Of a stretch of 64,000 nucleotides of DNA, positions 41,319 to 50,501 are shown one piece after another (position 1 is the stretch's first letter; each line of letters begins with the position of its first letter). The stretch is from an uncultured Bacteroidales bacterium. GTDB taxonomy: Bacteria > Bacteroidota > Bacteroidia > Bacteroidales > UBA7960. Location of the stretch: assembly GCA_964349365.1 (NCBI GenBank), contig CAYGFY010000008.1:27070-91069 (forward strand). The letters run 5' to 3'. The position numbers and the translations under genes were made by a program. The notes below the pieces were generated by a model. The model searched no databases, was not told the origin of the DNA, and was given only the letters and a program-made list of their open reading frames with translations.

Positions 41319-41412
41319 TGCATTATCTCTTTCGAGGCAACTAGCGTGCAATTGAATTGTGGTGTTATAATGTTTCAGCTGGCCATAGCTTAAAACTCTA
41401 AGCCCTTTATCA

Positions 41413-42675
41413 TTACGTTTTCTGCTTCTGCTTTCTCGCTGCCGGAAACAACACGTTGTTGAGTATAAGCCTGTAACCAGGTGAGTTGGGAAAGTTATCC
41501 AAATCGGTGGGTATATCGCCCACGTAGTGTCTGTAATCTTCCGGGTCGTGCCCTCCCAGAAAGGTGAAGGTTCCCTTGCCCATTGTGCCGTGTATGTATC
41601 TTGCTTCGTTTCTGGCCTTGGTTTCACCCAATATTGTTACAGTGGGTTTTATGATTTCGTTTCTAAATGCAGTGGCTTGCCCCATAAACCCCTTTAACAC
41701 CGTTGCGTGGTTTTGAGCAAGCATGGTTGGAACCACGTCCCATTTGGCCGAAAACTCGAATAGGGTAAAAAAGTCCGAAAGTTCATTTCGATCAATTTTC
41801 GGCACGTCAATGTTAGATTTCTCGTAAATAGCCGGGTTTGTATTTATGACGAAATTGTGAAATGCAAAAGTTTTCGAAAAGTCCAACTTTTGCTGTGCGT
41901 TAGCATCGAGCGGATCGCCATCAAAAACCTCGTGCAAGATGTCAACCCCTTCGGCTGCAAGGGCAATGTCAAGGCTTTCGGGTGCCGAGCACATCGCAAA
42001 CAAATACCCGCCCCCTGAAACAAAATCCCGTATCTTCATTGCCACCGCCAGTTTCATTTGCGAAACCTTCGAAAATCCCAACTTTTTCGCAATATTCTCT
42101 TGCAGTCTTACATCATCCTTATACCACTGCTCGTTTCTGAAACCTGCCCAAAACTTACCGTATTGCCCGGTAAAATCTTCGTGATGCAGGTGAAGCCAAT
42201 CATACATTGGCAAAACACCCTTTATAACGTCTTCGTCGTATATCCTGTCGTAGGGTATTTCGGCGTAGGTCAACACCAATGTTACAGCATCATTCCAAGG
42301 AAGTGTGTTTGGGGGAGTGTAAACCGCAATTCGTGGCACCTTGTGTAGCCGTATTTCTTCCATGTTAACGTCAGGATTTGCAATTTCGTTCAATATTGCG
42401 TTGGCCTGAACGTCGGCAATGATTTGTATGCTGACACCGCGGGCAAAGCACTCCTCCTCGAGAATCCGGCTGTGCGGAAACATGAAACTTCCGCCACGGT
42501 AATTTAGAAGCCAACTAACCTCCACATTCTTGGTAAGCACCAAGTAGGCTATGCCGTAAGCCTTGAGGTGATTTCTCTGCGAGCCATCCATGGGCACCAG
42601 TATGTGGGCCGAAAAGCCAAATGCCGTTTGAAAAAATAGCAAGGCACAAACTAGCAAATTTCTAAAAAGAACCAT
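41413..42675 (-). CDS. Conserved hypothetical secreted protein (possible class I glutamine-amidotransferase-like fold)
   Basis: 420 aa with a signal peptide. The GGGYLFAMCSAPE nucleophile-elbow-like motif is the only hint of fold. My recollection is that homologs next to dnaB in Bacteroidota are often labelled asparagine synthetase B, which I regard as unreliable. Confidence 0.55.
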   Translation of the reverse strand: MVLFRNLLVCALLFFQTAFGFSAHILVPMDGSQRNHLKAYGIAYLVLTKNVEVSWLLNYRGGSFMFPHSRILEEECFARGVSIQIIADVQANAILNEIANPDVNMEEIRLHKVPRIAVYTPPNTLPWNDAVTLVLTYAEIPYDRIYDEDVIKGVLPMYDWLHLHHEDFTGQYGKFWAGFRNEQWYKDDVRLQENIAKKLGFSKVSQMKLAVAMKIRDFVSGGGYLFAMCSAPESLDIALAAEGVDILHEVFDGDPLDANAQQKLDFSKTFAFHNFVINTNPAIYEKSNIDVPKIDRNELSDFFTLFEFSAKWDVVPTMLAQNHATVLKGFMGQATAFRNEIIKPTVTILGETKARNEARYIHGTMGKGTFTFLGGHDPEDYRHYVGDIPTDLDNFPNSPGYRLILNNVLFPAARKQKQKT

Positions 42676-42709
42676 CCGAAAAGATTAAGGGAAAAAATAT
42701 TTGGAAAAA

Positions 42710-44242
42710 TTAGAATGGAGGGTCGTCGTAAACCTCATCCTCGTTGAGCTTTGATTGAAATGTTACGGTACCCAAACGCCTGTCAAAACTCTTTGATGGC
42801 TGCAGGTTTTCCGAAAATTTAAAACTTGCACCGTGGTAGTCTGAAAACTTGGCGTATTGACCGTGAAAAAACAGGTTAACATCCCCCAAGCTGCCATTTC
42901 TATGTTTAGCAATTATCAATTGTGCCAATCCTTCGGTCGAATTTCCCTGTTCGTCTTGGGTAATCTTGTAGTATTCGGGCCTGTAAATGAACAAAACCAT
43001 ATCCGCATCTTGCTCTATTGCTCCCGATTCCCTTAAGTCAGAAAGCTGTGGACGCTTGCTACCCCCGCGAGTTTCAACTGCACGACTTAGTTGCGAAATT
43101 GCAAGTACCGGTATGTTAAGCTCCTTTGCCAAACTCTTTAGCGACCTTGAAATGTTGCTTATTTCCTGCTCGCGGTTGCCCCGGTGGTCTGATCCTCCCG
43201 ACATCAATTGCAAGTAGTCAATAATCAACATCTGTATTTTGTGTTGCGATTTCAGGCGCCTGGCCTTGGCCCTTAGGTCAAAAATACCGAGAGCGGGAGT
43301 GTCGTCAATGTAAATCGGCGCATCGGTAAGAGAACTAATTCTGGCGTTTAGCTGCTGAAACTCCACTTGGTCAAGCTTTCCCTTTCGCAGTTTATCGGCG
43401 GCAAACATCGATTCGCTCGATATAAGCCTCTTAACAAGTTGCACCCCTGTCATTTCCAGCGAAAATACAGCAACCGGCATTTTCCATTCCACGGCAATGT
43501 TACGTACCATCGTAAGCATGAAGGCGGTTTTTCCCATACCCGGACGGGCAGCAAGGACAATCAGGTCCGATTTTTGCCAGCCAGCCGTTATGTCGTCTAG
43601 TCCAGGAAACCCACTCGGAACGCCACTTATGTTTCCGTCTTGCTTGGTGGCCTTCTCAATTTCGTCCATGGCTTCTTTTACAAGGTCAACCATCTTGTTG
43701 TAGTTTCGCCTAAGATTGGTTTCACTAACCGAAAAAAGATTTCGCTCGGCAAAATCCAAAATGTCAAAAACATCGGTGGTATCCTCGTAACTGTGCCTTA
43801 TCACCTCCGACGAAATGCTTATCAGCTCCCTCTGGAGGTATTTTTGCTGTACTATCCTTGCGTGGTATTCAACGTTTGCGGCCGATGCTACCCGGTTCGA
43901 AAGTTGCGATATGTAATACGCTCCACCTGCCAGTTCCAAGTCGCCCGATGTCTTCAACTCTTGTACCACCGTGAGAATGTCCACCGGCAACGACTGGCTG
44001 AAAAGCTTCTTGATGGCCTTGTAAATAAGTTGATGCGCCTCCTTGTAAAAAAACTCTGGCTCGAAAAACTCCACGATTGCATTCAAGGCATTTTGCTCTA
44101 GCAAAACAGCTCCTAACACCGATTCCTCCAAGTCAACGGCCTGAGGGGGCACCCTTCCGTGTTTCAGGTGGTCAATGGCACCGGGCTTACGTTCCCACTT
44201 GTCGGCCAAAGTTTGAGTTTTTCTTGCCTTTTTAGTTTCCAT
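42710..44242 (-). CDS. dnaB: Replicative DNA helicase
   Basis: 510 aa. Walker A ARPGMGKTAF, IIDYLQLM, ISRSLKSLAKELNIPVLAISQLSR, RESGAIEQDAD. Confidence 0.97.
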   Translation of the reverse strand: METKKARKTQTLADKWERKPGAIDHLKHGRVPPQAVDLEESVLGAVLLEQNALNAIVEFFEPEFFYKEAHQLIYKAIKKLFSQSLPVDILTVVQELKTSGDLELAGGAYYISQLSNRVASAANVEYHARIVQQKYLQRELISISSEVIRHSYEDTTDVFDILDFAERNLFSVSETNLRRNYNKMVDLVKEAMDEIEKATKQDGNISGVPSGFPGLDDITAGWQKSDLIVLAARPGMGKTAFMLTMVRNIAVEWKMPVAVFSLEMTGVQLVKRLISSESMFAADKLRKGKLDQVEFQQLNARISSLTDAPIYIDDTPALGIFDLRAKARRLKSQHKIQMLIIDYLQLMSGGSDHRGNREQEISNISRSLKSLAKELNIPVLAISQLSRAVETRGGSKRPQLSDLRESGAIEQDADMVLFIYRPEYYKITQDEQGNSTEGLAQLIIAKHRNGSLGDVNLFFHGQYAKFSDYHGASFKFSENLQPSKSFDRRLGTVTFQSKLNEDEVYDDPPF

Positions 44243-44622
44243 GGTTCAAAATTACAAAATCATACTCTTTGTAAATAAATTTCTTGCAGTTTTTTTTCAA
44301 CCACCACCACAATGACCCAAATGACAGGTGTTTAGTTAGGTTGCTTGTTTTTTCGATCATTATTCGTACTTTTTCACCTCTACTCCAATCGGGACGACCG
44401 GTACAGTAAGCCTAAGCTTTAATGAACCGAACGCACTCTAAGTGGCGAAACCTTTTTTTTCGTGTTCTGTGACTTGGGTTTAAACAAACATACCCCAACT
44501 TGGGTTATAATAATTTAGGCATATCAGGAAGTTCAATTGTTTTTTTTCTTTACTTTGCGAATCATATTCTGATATCAATCGAGTAGCACGAGTTTTTTTT
44601 TGACTACCAAAATTTTAAAAAA

Positions 44623-45288
44623 ATGAAAAGGGTTTTTGCAATTATTGGAACAATTGGATTTATTGCCCTGCTTTTCTATTCGCCAGGCAAGCAAGAAGAC
44701 AACGTGCAGCAAGGACGCACATCAGTTACAAACATGCCTTACAGTTCTCGGGGAACGTTGTTCAATGCAATTCCTTCACAGTCAGGTTCGACAAACTCTG
44801 GTTTTGCAGGTACATTGGCCGCAAATACTGGTCAGATGCCTGAGTTCAACCCACCTCACGGAGAGCCTTGGCACAGATGCGAAATTCCGGTAGGGGCACC
44901 TCTGAATTCGGCCCCCCAAAACACTAACGCAGATTTAAACCAATCGTTGGCACGACCCGTTGAAAGTGCAGCCCCACCCGCCACATCTGTCCGACCAAAG
45001 TTAAATCCTCCTCACGGACAACCATGGCACAGGTGCGACATTGACGTTGGCGCACCTCTAGATTCGCCTCCACGAAGCACAAATAACCAAGAGGCAACAA
45101 GTAATGTCGCATCAACACCGGAAGCTATTACCCCCGTTATTTCCACAAGCTCAAATGAAGGCCAGGCCAGCCAAAATGTTGCGGCCAACCCAACCCCTGA
45201 AAACGTTGGACCAAAACCTGCCCTTAACCCGCCCCATGGCCAACCATGGCATAGGTGCGATATTAAGGTTGGCGACCCGCTGCCATAG
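44623..45288 (+). CDS. Hypothetical anchored/secreted protein with three NPPHGxPWHRC(D/E)I repeats
   Basis: 221 aa with an N-terminal hydrophobic segment. The repeats are at nt 44848-44904, 45004-45060 and 45226-45282, separated by S/T/N/P/A-rich linkers. Confidence 0.7.
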   Translation: MKRVFAIIGTIGFIALLFYSPGKQEDNVQQGRTSVTNMPYSSRGTLFNAIPSQSGSTNSGFAGTLAANTGQMPEFNPPHGEPWHRCEIPVGAPLNSAPQNTNADLNQSLARPVESAAPPATSVRPKLNPPHGQPWHRCDIDVGAPLDSPPRSTNNQEATSNVASTPEAITPVISTSSNEGQASQNVAANPTPENVGPKPALNPPHGQPWHRCDIKVGDPLP

Positions 45289-45411
45289 TCGTGATGCATG
45301 CTTTTGAGGAGCAGCCTGAAGGAGTTATTCTGGTGGAAAATTTGAATTGCGAGAGTTTTTTCGAGTAATTATAGGAATAAATCATGCAGTTTTTGGCGAA
45401 TGTTTTAACTG

Positions 45412-45667
45412 ATTCAACTTTCGCAAGTTTCTAAAAATGCACTTAATTGAAAGGATTTTGTGAGTTAATGGCTTTTTCCTTTGTAGAACTTTGCGTTTAG
45501 CTTTGAGAAACTTTGTGCTACAGCTTTTTAACTGTTGCTAAAAATGCACAAAGAAGCCACAAAACTTGTCCGCCCACTGGCGGAAACACTAAGATAACCT
45601 ATTAACCTGTTGGATATTAGTTGTAATAGTTTTTTTTTTGACAATTACGAAAGTTCAGTTTATTGAA
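45412..45667 (+). repeat. Intergenic repeat element, copy A (~255 bp)
   Basis: Colinear with 46121-46349. Shared blocks are attcaactttcgcaagt, aatgcact, aaactttgtgctaca, actgttgc, ttgtccgccc, gaaaacacta and ttttttttgaca. It contains nested inverted words ctttgtgc/gcacaaag and ttttgtg/cacaaaa. Confidence 0.85.
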
Positions 45668-45712
45668 AATCCTTAGAATTAGAAAAAAATGAAAGCTAAA
45701 ACCTGAAATGGT

Positions 45713-46120
45713 ATGAAGAAAATGTCCATGATAATCGTTCTGTTTGTTTTTGCAATGAAGCTTTCATTTGCCCAACTGACCCTAACCGTTGAGGTTTTCA
45801 ACCTTCGAAACAACAAGGGTGTAGTTCACATCGAGCTCAGCAACGAAAAGCAAGAACAGGTTGCCGCCCAAACCACCACCATACAAGACAAGAAGTGTGT
45901 TTTTGTTTTCGAAGGATTGGAGCCCGGAAAGTACTCCTTTAGGTTTATACATGACGAAAACGAAAACAACGAAATTGACACCAATTGGCTTGGAATTCCC
46001 AAGGAAGGATTCGGATTTTCCAACAATCCTCGAATGACTTTTGGTCCGCCAAAGTTCCCAAAAATCCTATTTGACCTTAAAGAATCAACGGTGCTCAAAG
46101 TGAAGCCAAAATATTACTAA
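45713..46120 (+). CDS. DUF2141 domain-containing secreted protein
   Basis: 135 aa with a signal peptide. NNKGVVHIEL...HDENENNEIDTNWLGIPKEGFGFSNNPRMTFGPPKF matches the DUF2141 signature. Confidence 0.85.
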   Translation: MKKMSMIIVLFVFAMKLSFAQLTLTVEVFNLRNNKGVVHIELSNEKQEQVAAQTTTIQDKKCVFVFEGLEPGKYSFRFIHDENENNEIDTNWLGIPKEGFGFSNNPRMTFGPPKFPKILFDLKESTVLKVKPKYY

Positions 46121-46349
46121 ATTCAACTTTCGCAAGTGAATAAGAATGCACTAAAATTAAAGAATATTGTGAATTAATGCCTTTTTACTTTGTGTTTAAC
46201 TTTGATAAACTTTGTGCTACACCTTTTTTTACTGTTGCACGAAAATTGTCCGCCCGCTGGTGAAAACACTAGGATTTTATCTTAACTTATTGTACGTCAA
46301 TTGTATTTGCCTTTTTTTTGACACTTGCGAATGTTGAGTTACTAAACAA
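46121..46349 (+). repeat. Intergenic repeat element, copy B (~230 bp)
   Basis: Starts on the nucleotide after the DUF2141 stop codon. Same order of blocks as copy A but lacks ~24 nt (the right arm aaaaatgcacaaagaagccacaaaac). Confidence 0.85.
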
Positions 46350-46362
46350 TTTAGATAAAAGC

Positions 46363-46839
46363 ATGGAAGCAAAGGATTCTCTCCCATTTGCCGACAATTC
46401 AGAAAGGGTTAAACTAAACATTGACTCTGTAAAAGAGCTTTGGTCGCAAACCTACAACCGGGAGGGTAAGCCCGACTGGTCGCATGTTTTCAAGTATTAC
46501 CACAAGGACATTGTTTTTCAAGACACCATTCAACGTATTGATGGAATTAACGATTTCGTTGCAATGTGCAACCGCCTTACGAAGCGCACAAAACAGTTGC
46601 AGATGGAAATTTTGTCAATTACCCAAAACCAAAACGTGATTATGTTTGATTGGGTCATGACAATGATGTTCAAGAAATACCCCAGCACGCCAATGTACGG
46701 TGCAACCAAATTGGTTTTGAGCGAAGATGGTTTTATACTCCACCAAAGGGATTACTACGATCTTTGGGGCGATATTTTCGACAACATTCCACGCTTCGGG
46801 AAACTGTACCGCAGGTTTTTGAAACGGAAATTCGGCTGA
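46363..46839 (+). CDS. SnoaL-like / NTF2 family protein
   Basis: About 158 aa of typical size and alpha+beta cone pattern (W..TYN...D..H....Y..DIVFQD...). The start is moved to the ATG at 46363 because the upstream part of the ORF lies inside repeat copy B. Confidence 0.6.
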   Translation: MEAKDSLPFADNSERVKLNIDSVKELWSQTYNREGKPDWSHVFKYYHKDIVFQDTIQRIDGINDFVAMCNRLTKRTKQLQMEILSITQNQNVIMFDWVMTMMFKKYPSTPMYGATKLVLSEDGFILHQRDYYDLWGDIFDNIPRFGKLYRRFLKRKFG

Positions 46840-46848
46840 TTGTCAACA

Positions 46849-47799
46849 ATGAAAAAGAGAACCAGAAAATACTTCAGGCAATACAAGTGGTCCAACGTTT
46901 TGGCCATGATACGTAACAGCCATCGTGATTCTAAAATCTGCACCAAAGACTTTAAAAACAAGCTTGTGGTAATTACCGGTGCAACTTCTGGAATTGGATA
47001 TTACACTGCCCGAAAGTTCGCGGCCATGGGCGCAAACCTTTTGTGCGTGAACCGAAACCTGGAAAGGTCGAAAAAACTAAAGCTCGAAATTGAAAAAGAA
47101 TTCGAGGTGGAGTGCAATTACAAAATCGCCGACCTTAGCCTTTTGAAAGAGGTTTGCGAGGTTGCCGAAGAAATTTTGAGGCTTGAAATTCCAATTGATT
47201 TGCTTATTCACAATGCAGGGGTTTACCTAACCAAAAAAGAACTTTCCTCCGAAGGGCTTGAAAAGGTACTGGTGGTTCATTATCTTTCTTCGTTTATTAT
47301 AAACTACAAATTGATGGAAAAGCTGAAGAAGCAGGGAAAGGCCAGAATAATAATGGTGGGCTCCGAGGGCCACCGATTTGCAGCTTGGGGCTTGCGGCTG
47401 GACGATTTGAACTGGGAGAAGAGGAGGTATTCGGGCTTGAAAAGCTACGGTTCGGCCAAGTTAGCTCAGTTATTGTCAATGTTGATTTTTGATGGGCACT
47501 TCAAGGGAACGGGCGTAACCATCAACACAATGCATCCGGGGGCGGTGAAAACAGAAACCGGCCAGGAAAACGGTCCAATCTATAAGTGGTTCAAGCGCAA
47601 TTTTCTCGACAAAACCTTGAAATCGGCACAGGTCTCGGCCGAAGCCTTGTATTACCTCGGAGTATCACCCGGGCTTGAGGGCATTAGCGGCAAGTTTTTC
47701 AACCTTACAACCCTCGAAGAGCCTGCACCTCCTGCCGTTGACAAGGAAGCTGCAGAGGAACTTTGGGCCGAAACCCTAAGAATTACTGGCCTTAATTAG
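46849..47799 (+). CDS. SDR family oxidoreductase (retinol-dehydrogenase-like classical SDR)
   Basis: VVITGATSGIG cofactor motif, NAG, and catalytic YGSAKLA (YxxxK). The first ATG follows the listed TTG. Confidence 0.85.
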   Translation: MKKRTRKYFRQYKWSNVLAMIRNSHRDSKICTKDFKNKLVVITGATSGIGYYTARKFAAMGANLLCVNRNLERSKKLKLEIEKEFEVECNYKIADLSLLKEVCEVAEEILRLEIPIDLLIHNAGVYLTKKELSSEGLEKVLVVHYLSSFIINYKLMEKLKKQGKARIIMVGSEGHRFAAWGLRLDDLNWEKRRYSGLKSYGSAKLAQLLSMLIFDGHFKGTGVTINTMHPGAVKTETGQENGPIYKWFKRNFLDKTLKSAQVSAEALYYLGVSPGLEGISGKFFNLTTLEEPAPPAVDKEAAEELWAETLRITGLN

Positions 47800-47834
47800 T
47801 ATGCAGAAATTTCTTGTTTAACAATGCTAAAGAT

Positions 47835-49448
47835 ATGAATCCAAATACTTATCACACAATTGTTGTAGGGGGCGGAATTGCCGGTTTGACGGCCGCGGCA
47901 TACATGGCCAAGGCAAGGAAAAAAGTGTTGCTAATTGAAAAAAACCACGAGGTTGGAGGTTTGGTCAACTCCTTTTGGCGAAACGGCTTCAAATTCGAGG
48001 CGGGAATAAGGGCTCTCGAAAACGCGGGAATCATTTTTCCGTTGCTCAAAGATTTGAATATTGAACTGGAGGTTGTAAAAAGCAAAGTTTCGCTGGGCAT
48101 CGAAGACAAGATAGTGCACATCGAAGACATTAATAGTTTATCGGAATACCGAGCCCTTCTCATGCAACTATATCCAGGCAGCCAAAATGACATTGACGGT
48201 CTGATTAAAACCATTAAAAAGGTAATGAAACAAATGGAGGTTCTTTATGGAATAGAGAACCCCATTTTCATGGATCTAAAGCGTGATTTCAAAAACATTT
48301 TCACGAAGCTGCTTCCCTGGCTTCCCCGGTTCCTTTTTACCGTGGGCAAAATAAACCGAATGCAGTTGCCAGTTGAAGAATATCTTGAGCAAACCATAAA
48401 TGACCGGCATCTGCGCGACATAATTTCTCAGCACTTTTTCAAAAACACCCCTTCATTCTTCGCGTTAAGCTATTTTTCGCTTTACCTCGATTATTTTTAT
48501 CCCAAAGGTGGGGTTGGAACCCTTTCGGAATCAATTCAAGAAAAAATCTTGGAACATGGAGGAGAAATCAAAAACGAAACTTGTGTCAAAGAAGTTCTTC
48601 CAGAAAAAAAAATCGTTATTGACCACCAAGGCAATAGCTTCAAGTACGAAAACCTGATTTGGGCAGCCGACCTCAAAACTTTTTACAATATTACTAATTT
48701 AGAAAACTTGCCCCCCGAGGTTAAAACCAACGCCCAAAAGGTAAAAACCAAAATGTTGGCAAACAGGGGAAGCGAATCGGTGCTATCGTTATACTTGCAG
48801 GTTGACGAACCACTCGAAACTTTCGCGAAAATTGCCAATGGCCACTTTTTCTACACCCCCTCGCGCGAAGGGTTGGACCAAACTCATCGTGCCGACTTGG
48901 ATGCTTTGATTGCAAACTTCGAAACCACTTCAAAAGAAGGTGTTTTGCAGTGGATGGATAGGTTCACGTCGCTCAACACTTATGAGATATCGATTCCCGG
49001 GTTAAAGGATAGAAGCTTGGTGCCCCCCGGAAAAACCGGAATGATTATAAGCCTGCTCACAGATTACGAGTTGTTTAAAAAGGCCAAGGAGGCTGGATGG
49101 CTTAAAGAGTTTGTTGCCGAATTGGAGATCAGGATGATTGCAACACTTTCCAAATCAATTTACCCAATGCTCCAGACCAAGATTGTTGGCCGTTTTTCGT
49201 TCAATCCTCTAAGCTTTTATAACCGTATTGGCAGCTCCGAAGGAGCAATAGTGGGGTGGGCGTTTCAGAAAGATTTGCCAGTTGTAAGCAAGATTCAGTA
49301 TTCCGGCCGTTCGGTGTTAACCCCCATACCCTCGGTTTACCAGGCCGGGCAATGGGCATACAGCCCGGCAGGTGTGCCAATGTCGATTCTTACCGGAAAA
49401 CTTGCTGCCGACAGGGTGATAAAAGCCAAAATCAATGAGGAAAATTGA
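47835..49448 (+). CDS. NAD(P)/FAD-dependent oxidoreductase, phytoene-desaturase (CrtI/RetSat-like) family
   Basis: IVVGGGIAGLTAAAYMAKARKKVLLIEKNHEVGG dinucleotide fold and a length of about 537 aa. The C-terminal GQWAYSPAGVP is typical of the family. Confidence 0.8.
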   Translation: MNPNTYHTIVVGGGIAGLTAAAYMAKARKKVLLIEKNHEVGGLVNSFWRNGFKFEAGIRALENAGIIFPLLKDLNIELEVVKSKVSLGIEDKIVHIEDINSLSEYRALLMQLYPGSQNDIDGLIKTIKKVMKQMEVLYGIENPIFMDLKRDFKNIFTKLLPWLPRFLFTVGKINRMQLPVEEYLEQTINDRHLRDIISQHFFKNTPSFFALSYFSLYLDYFYPKGGVGTLSESIQEKILEHGGEIKNETCVKEVLPEKKIVIDHQGNSFKYENLIWAADLKTFYNITNLENLPPEVKTNAQKVKTKMLANRGSESVLSLYLQVDEPLETFAKIANGHFFYTPSREGLDQTHRADLDALIANFETTSKEGVLQWMDRFTSLNTYEISIPGLKDRSLVPPGKTGMIISLLTDYELFKKAKEAGWLKEFVAELEIRMIATLSKSIYPMLQTKIVGRFSFNPLSFYNRIGSSEGAIVGWAFQKDLPVVSKIQYSGRSVLTPIPSVYQAGQWAYSPAGVPMSILTGKLAADRVIKAKINEEN

Positions 49449-50349
49449 AACAGTAACAGAAAACCTTTCGGTTTTCGCATCGAAACTATTTCAAATTTTG
49501 ATGATAGTGTTATGTTTCAAATGGCGAATGGGCAGGAATATTGCAAAAGACAGGTACGGAAAAAACCCCGCAAAAATTCCAAGTTCAATTACGAGCAAAA
49601 ATTATGTTACAACTTCCCAAATAGATGGACGAGTTGTTTGGAGATTATACCCAAAAAACAGCAACTCCGAAATAATAATCTTGTATTTGCACGGCGGGGC
49701 ATATCATGCAAGCATAACCTCCCTTCATTGGACGCTTATAACAAAACTACTCGAAAAAACAGGGGCAGCGATAATAGTGCCGGATTATCCGTTGGCACCC
49801 CAGTCAACATGCAAGGAAACTTACCTTTTTCTCGACGAACTATACGAAAAAATTCTTGGCAAGTATCATTCAAAAAGGATTATTTTTATAGGCGACTCGG
49901 CAGGAGGCGGCTTGGCCTTTGGATTTGCACAACAATTAAGAAATGAGGGCAAAATACAACCCGAGCATATTATACTCTACTCACCTTGGCTGGATGCATC
50001 AATGAATAACCCCAAATTAAAAGAACTTGAAAGTATCGACAAGATTTTGAACCTTAAGGGCCTGAGAGAGGCCGGAGAAAACTATGCCGGTTCCATTGAA
50101 ATAAATGACTTCAAGGTTAGTCCGTTGTTTGGCGAACTTCAAGGTTTGGGAAAAATCTCAATTTTTTCGGGAACCGATGACTTGTTGAATGCTGATGCTA
50201 AAAGATTGAAAGAGAAGGCCGAAGAGGCAGACATTTGCTTAAACTTCTTCGAATACAACGGAATGTTTCATGATTGGATGCTTGTGCCTTTTCTCGGTGC
50301 AACCCACGATGTTGTGCACAAAACTGCTAGATTGACAAAAACCTCTTGA
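49435..50349 (+). CDS. Alpha/beta hydrolase, hormone-sensitive-lipase-like esterase (family IV)
   Basis: HGGAY oxyanion motif, GDSAGG nucleophile elbow, and C-terminal HDW. The start overlaps the upstream stop by 14 nt. Confidence 0.85.
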   Translation: MRKIETVTENLSVFASKLFQILMIVLCFKWRMGRNIAKDRYGKNPAKIPSSITSKNYVTTSQIDGRVVWRLYPKNSNSEIIILYLHGGAYHASITSLHWTLITKLLEKTGAAIIVPDYPLAPQSTCKETYLFLDELYEKILGKYHSKRIIFIGDSAGGGLAFGFAQQLRNEGKIQPEHIILYSPWLDASMNNPKLKELESIDKILNLKGLREAGENYAGSIEINDFKVSPLFGELQGLGKISIFSGTDDLLNADAKRLKEKAEEADICLNFFEYNGMFHDWMLVPFLGATHDVVHKTARLTKTS

Positions 50350-50501
50350 TTTTGAATTTACGGGGTTATCTTTTCAACATCCCGGGTTCTATTCTTTTTC
50401 CTTTTGAACTTGTTTTGCCCAAAATTGATTAATAATCAAGCCAAATCGTTCGGCATTGTTTTTCGGAAACCTTACTTGAAGAAAATCAAAATTTTACAAA
50501 A

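Noticed and set aside
40772-41323. 183-aa ORF antisense to folA
   Set aside because: It is fully contained opposite a gene with unambiguous DHFR motifs, and its own sequence has no recognisable features.
44243-44622. 380-bp region upstream of dnaB as a replication origin or ncRNA locus
   Set aside because: I found no TTATCCACA-type DnaA boxes or AT-rich 13-mer arrays and no convincing hairpin/terminator pair. It is probably just two divergent promoters.
46318-46362. Upstream extension (MTLANVELLNNLDKS) of the SnoaL-like ORF
   Set aside because: It has a TTG start lying inside repeat copy B (the TTGACA block). The first ATG at 46363 is preferred.
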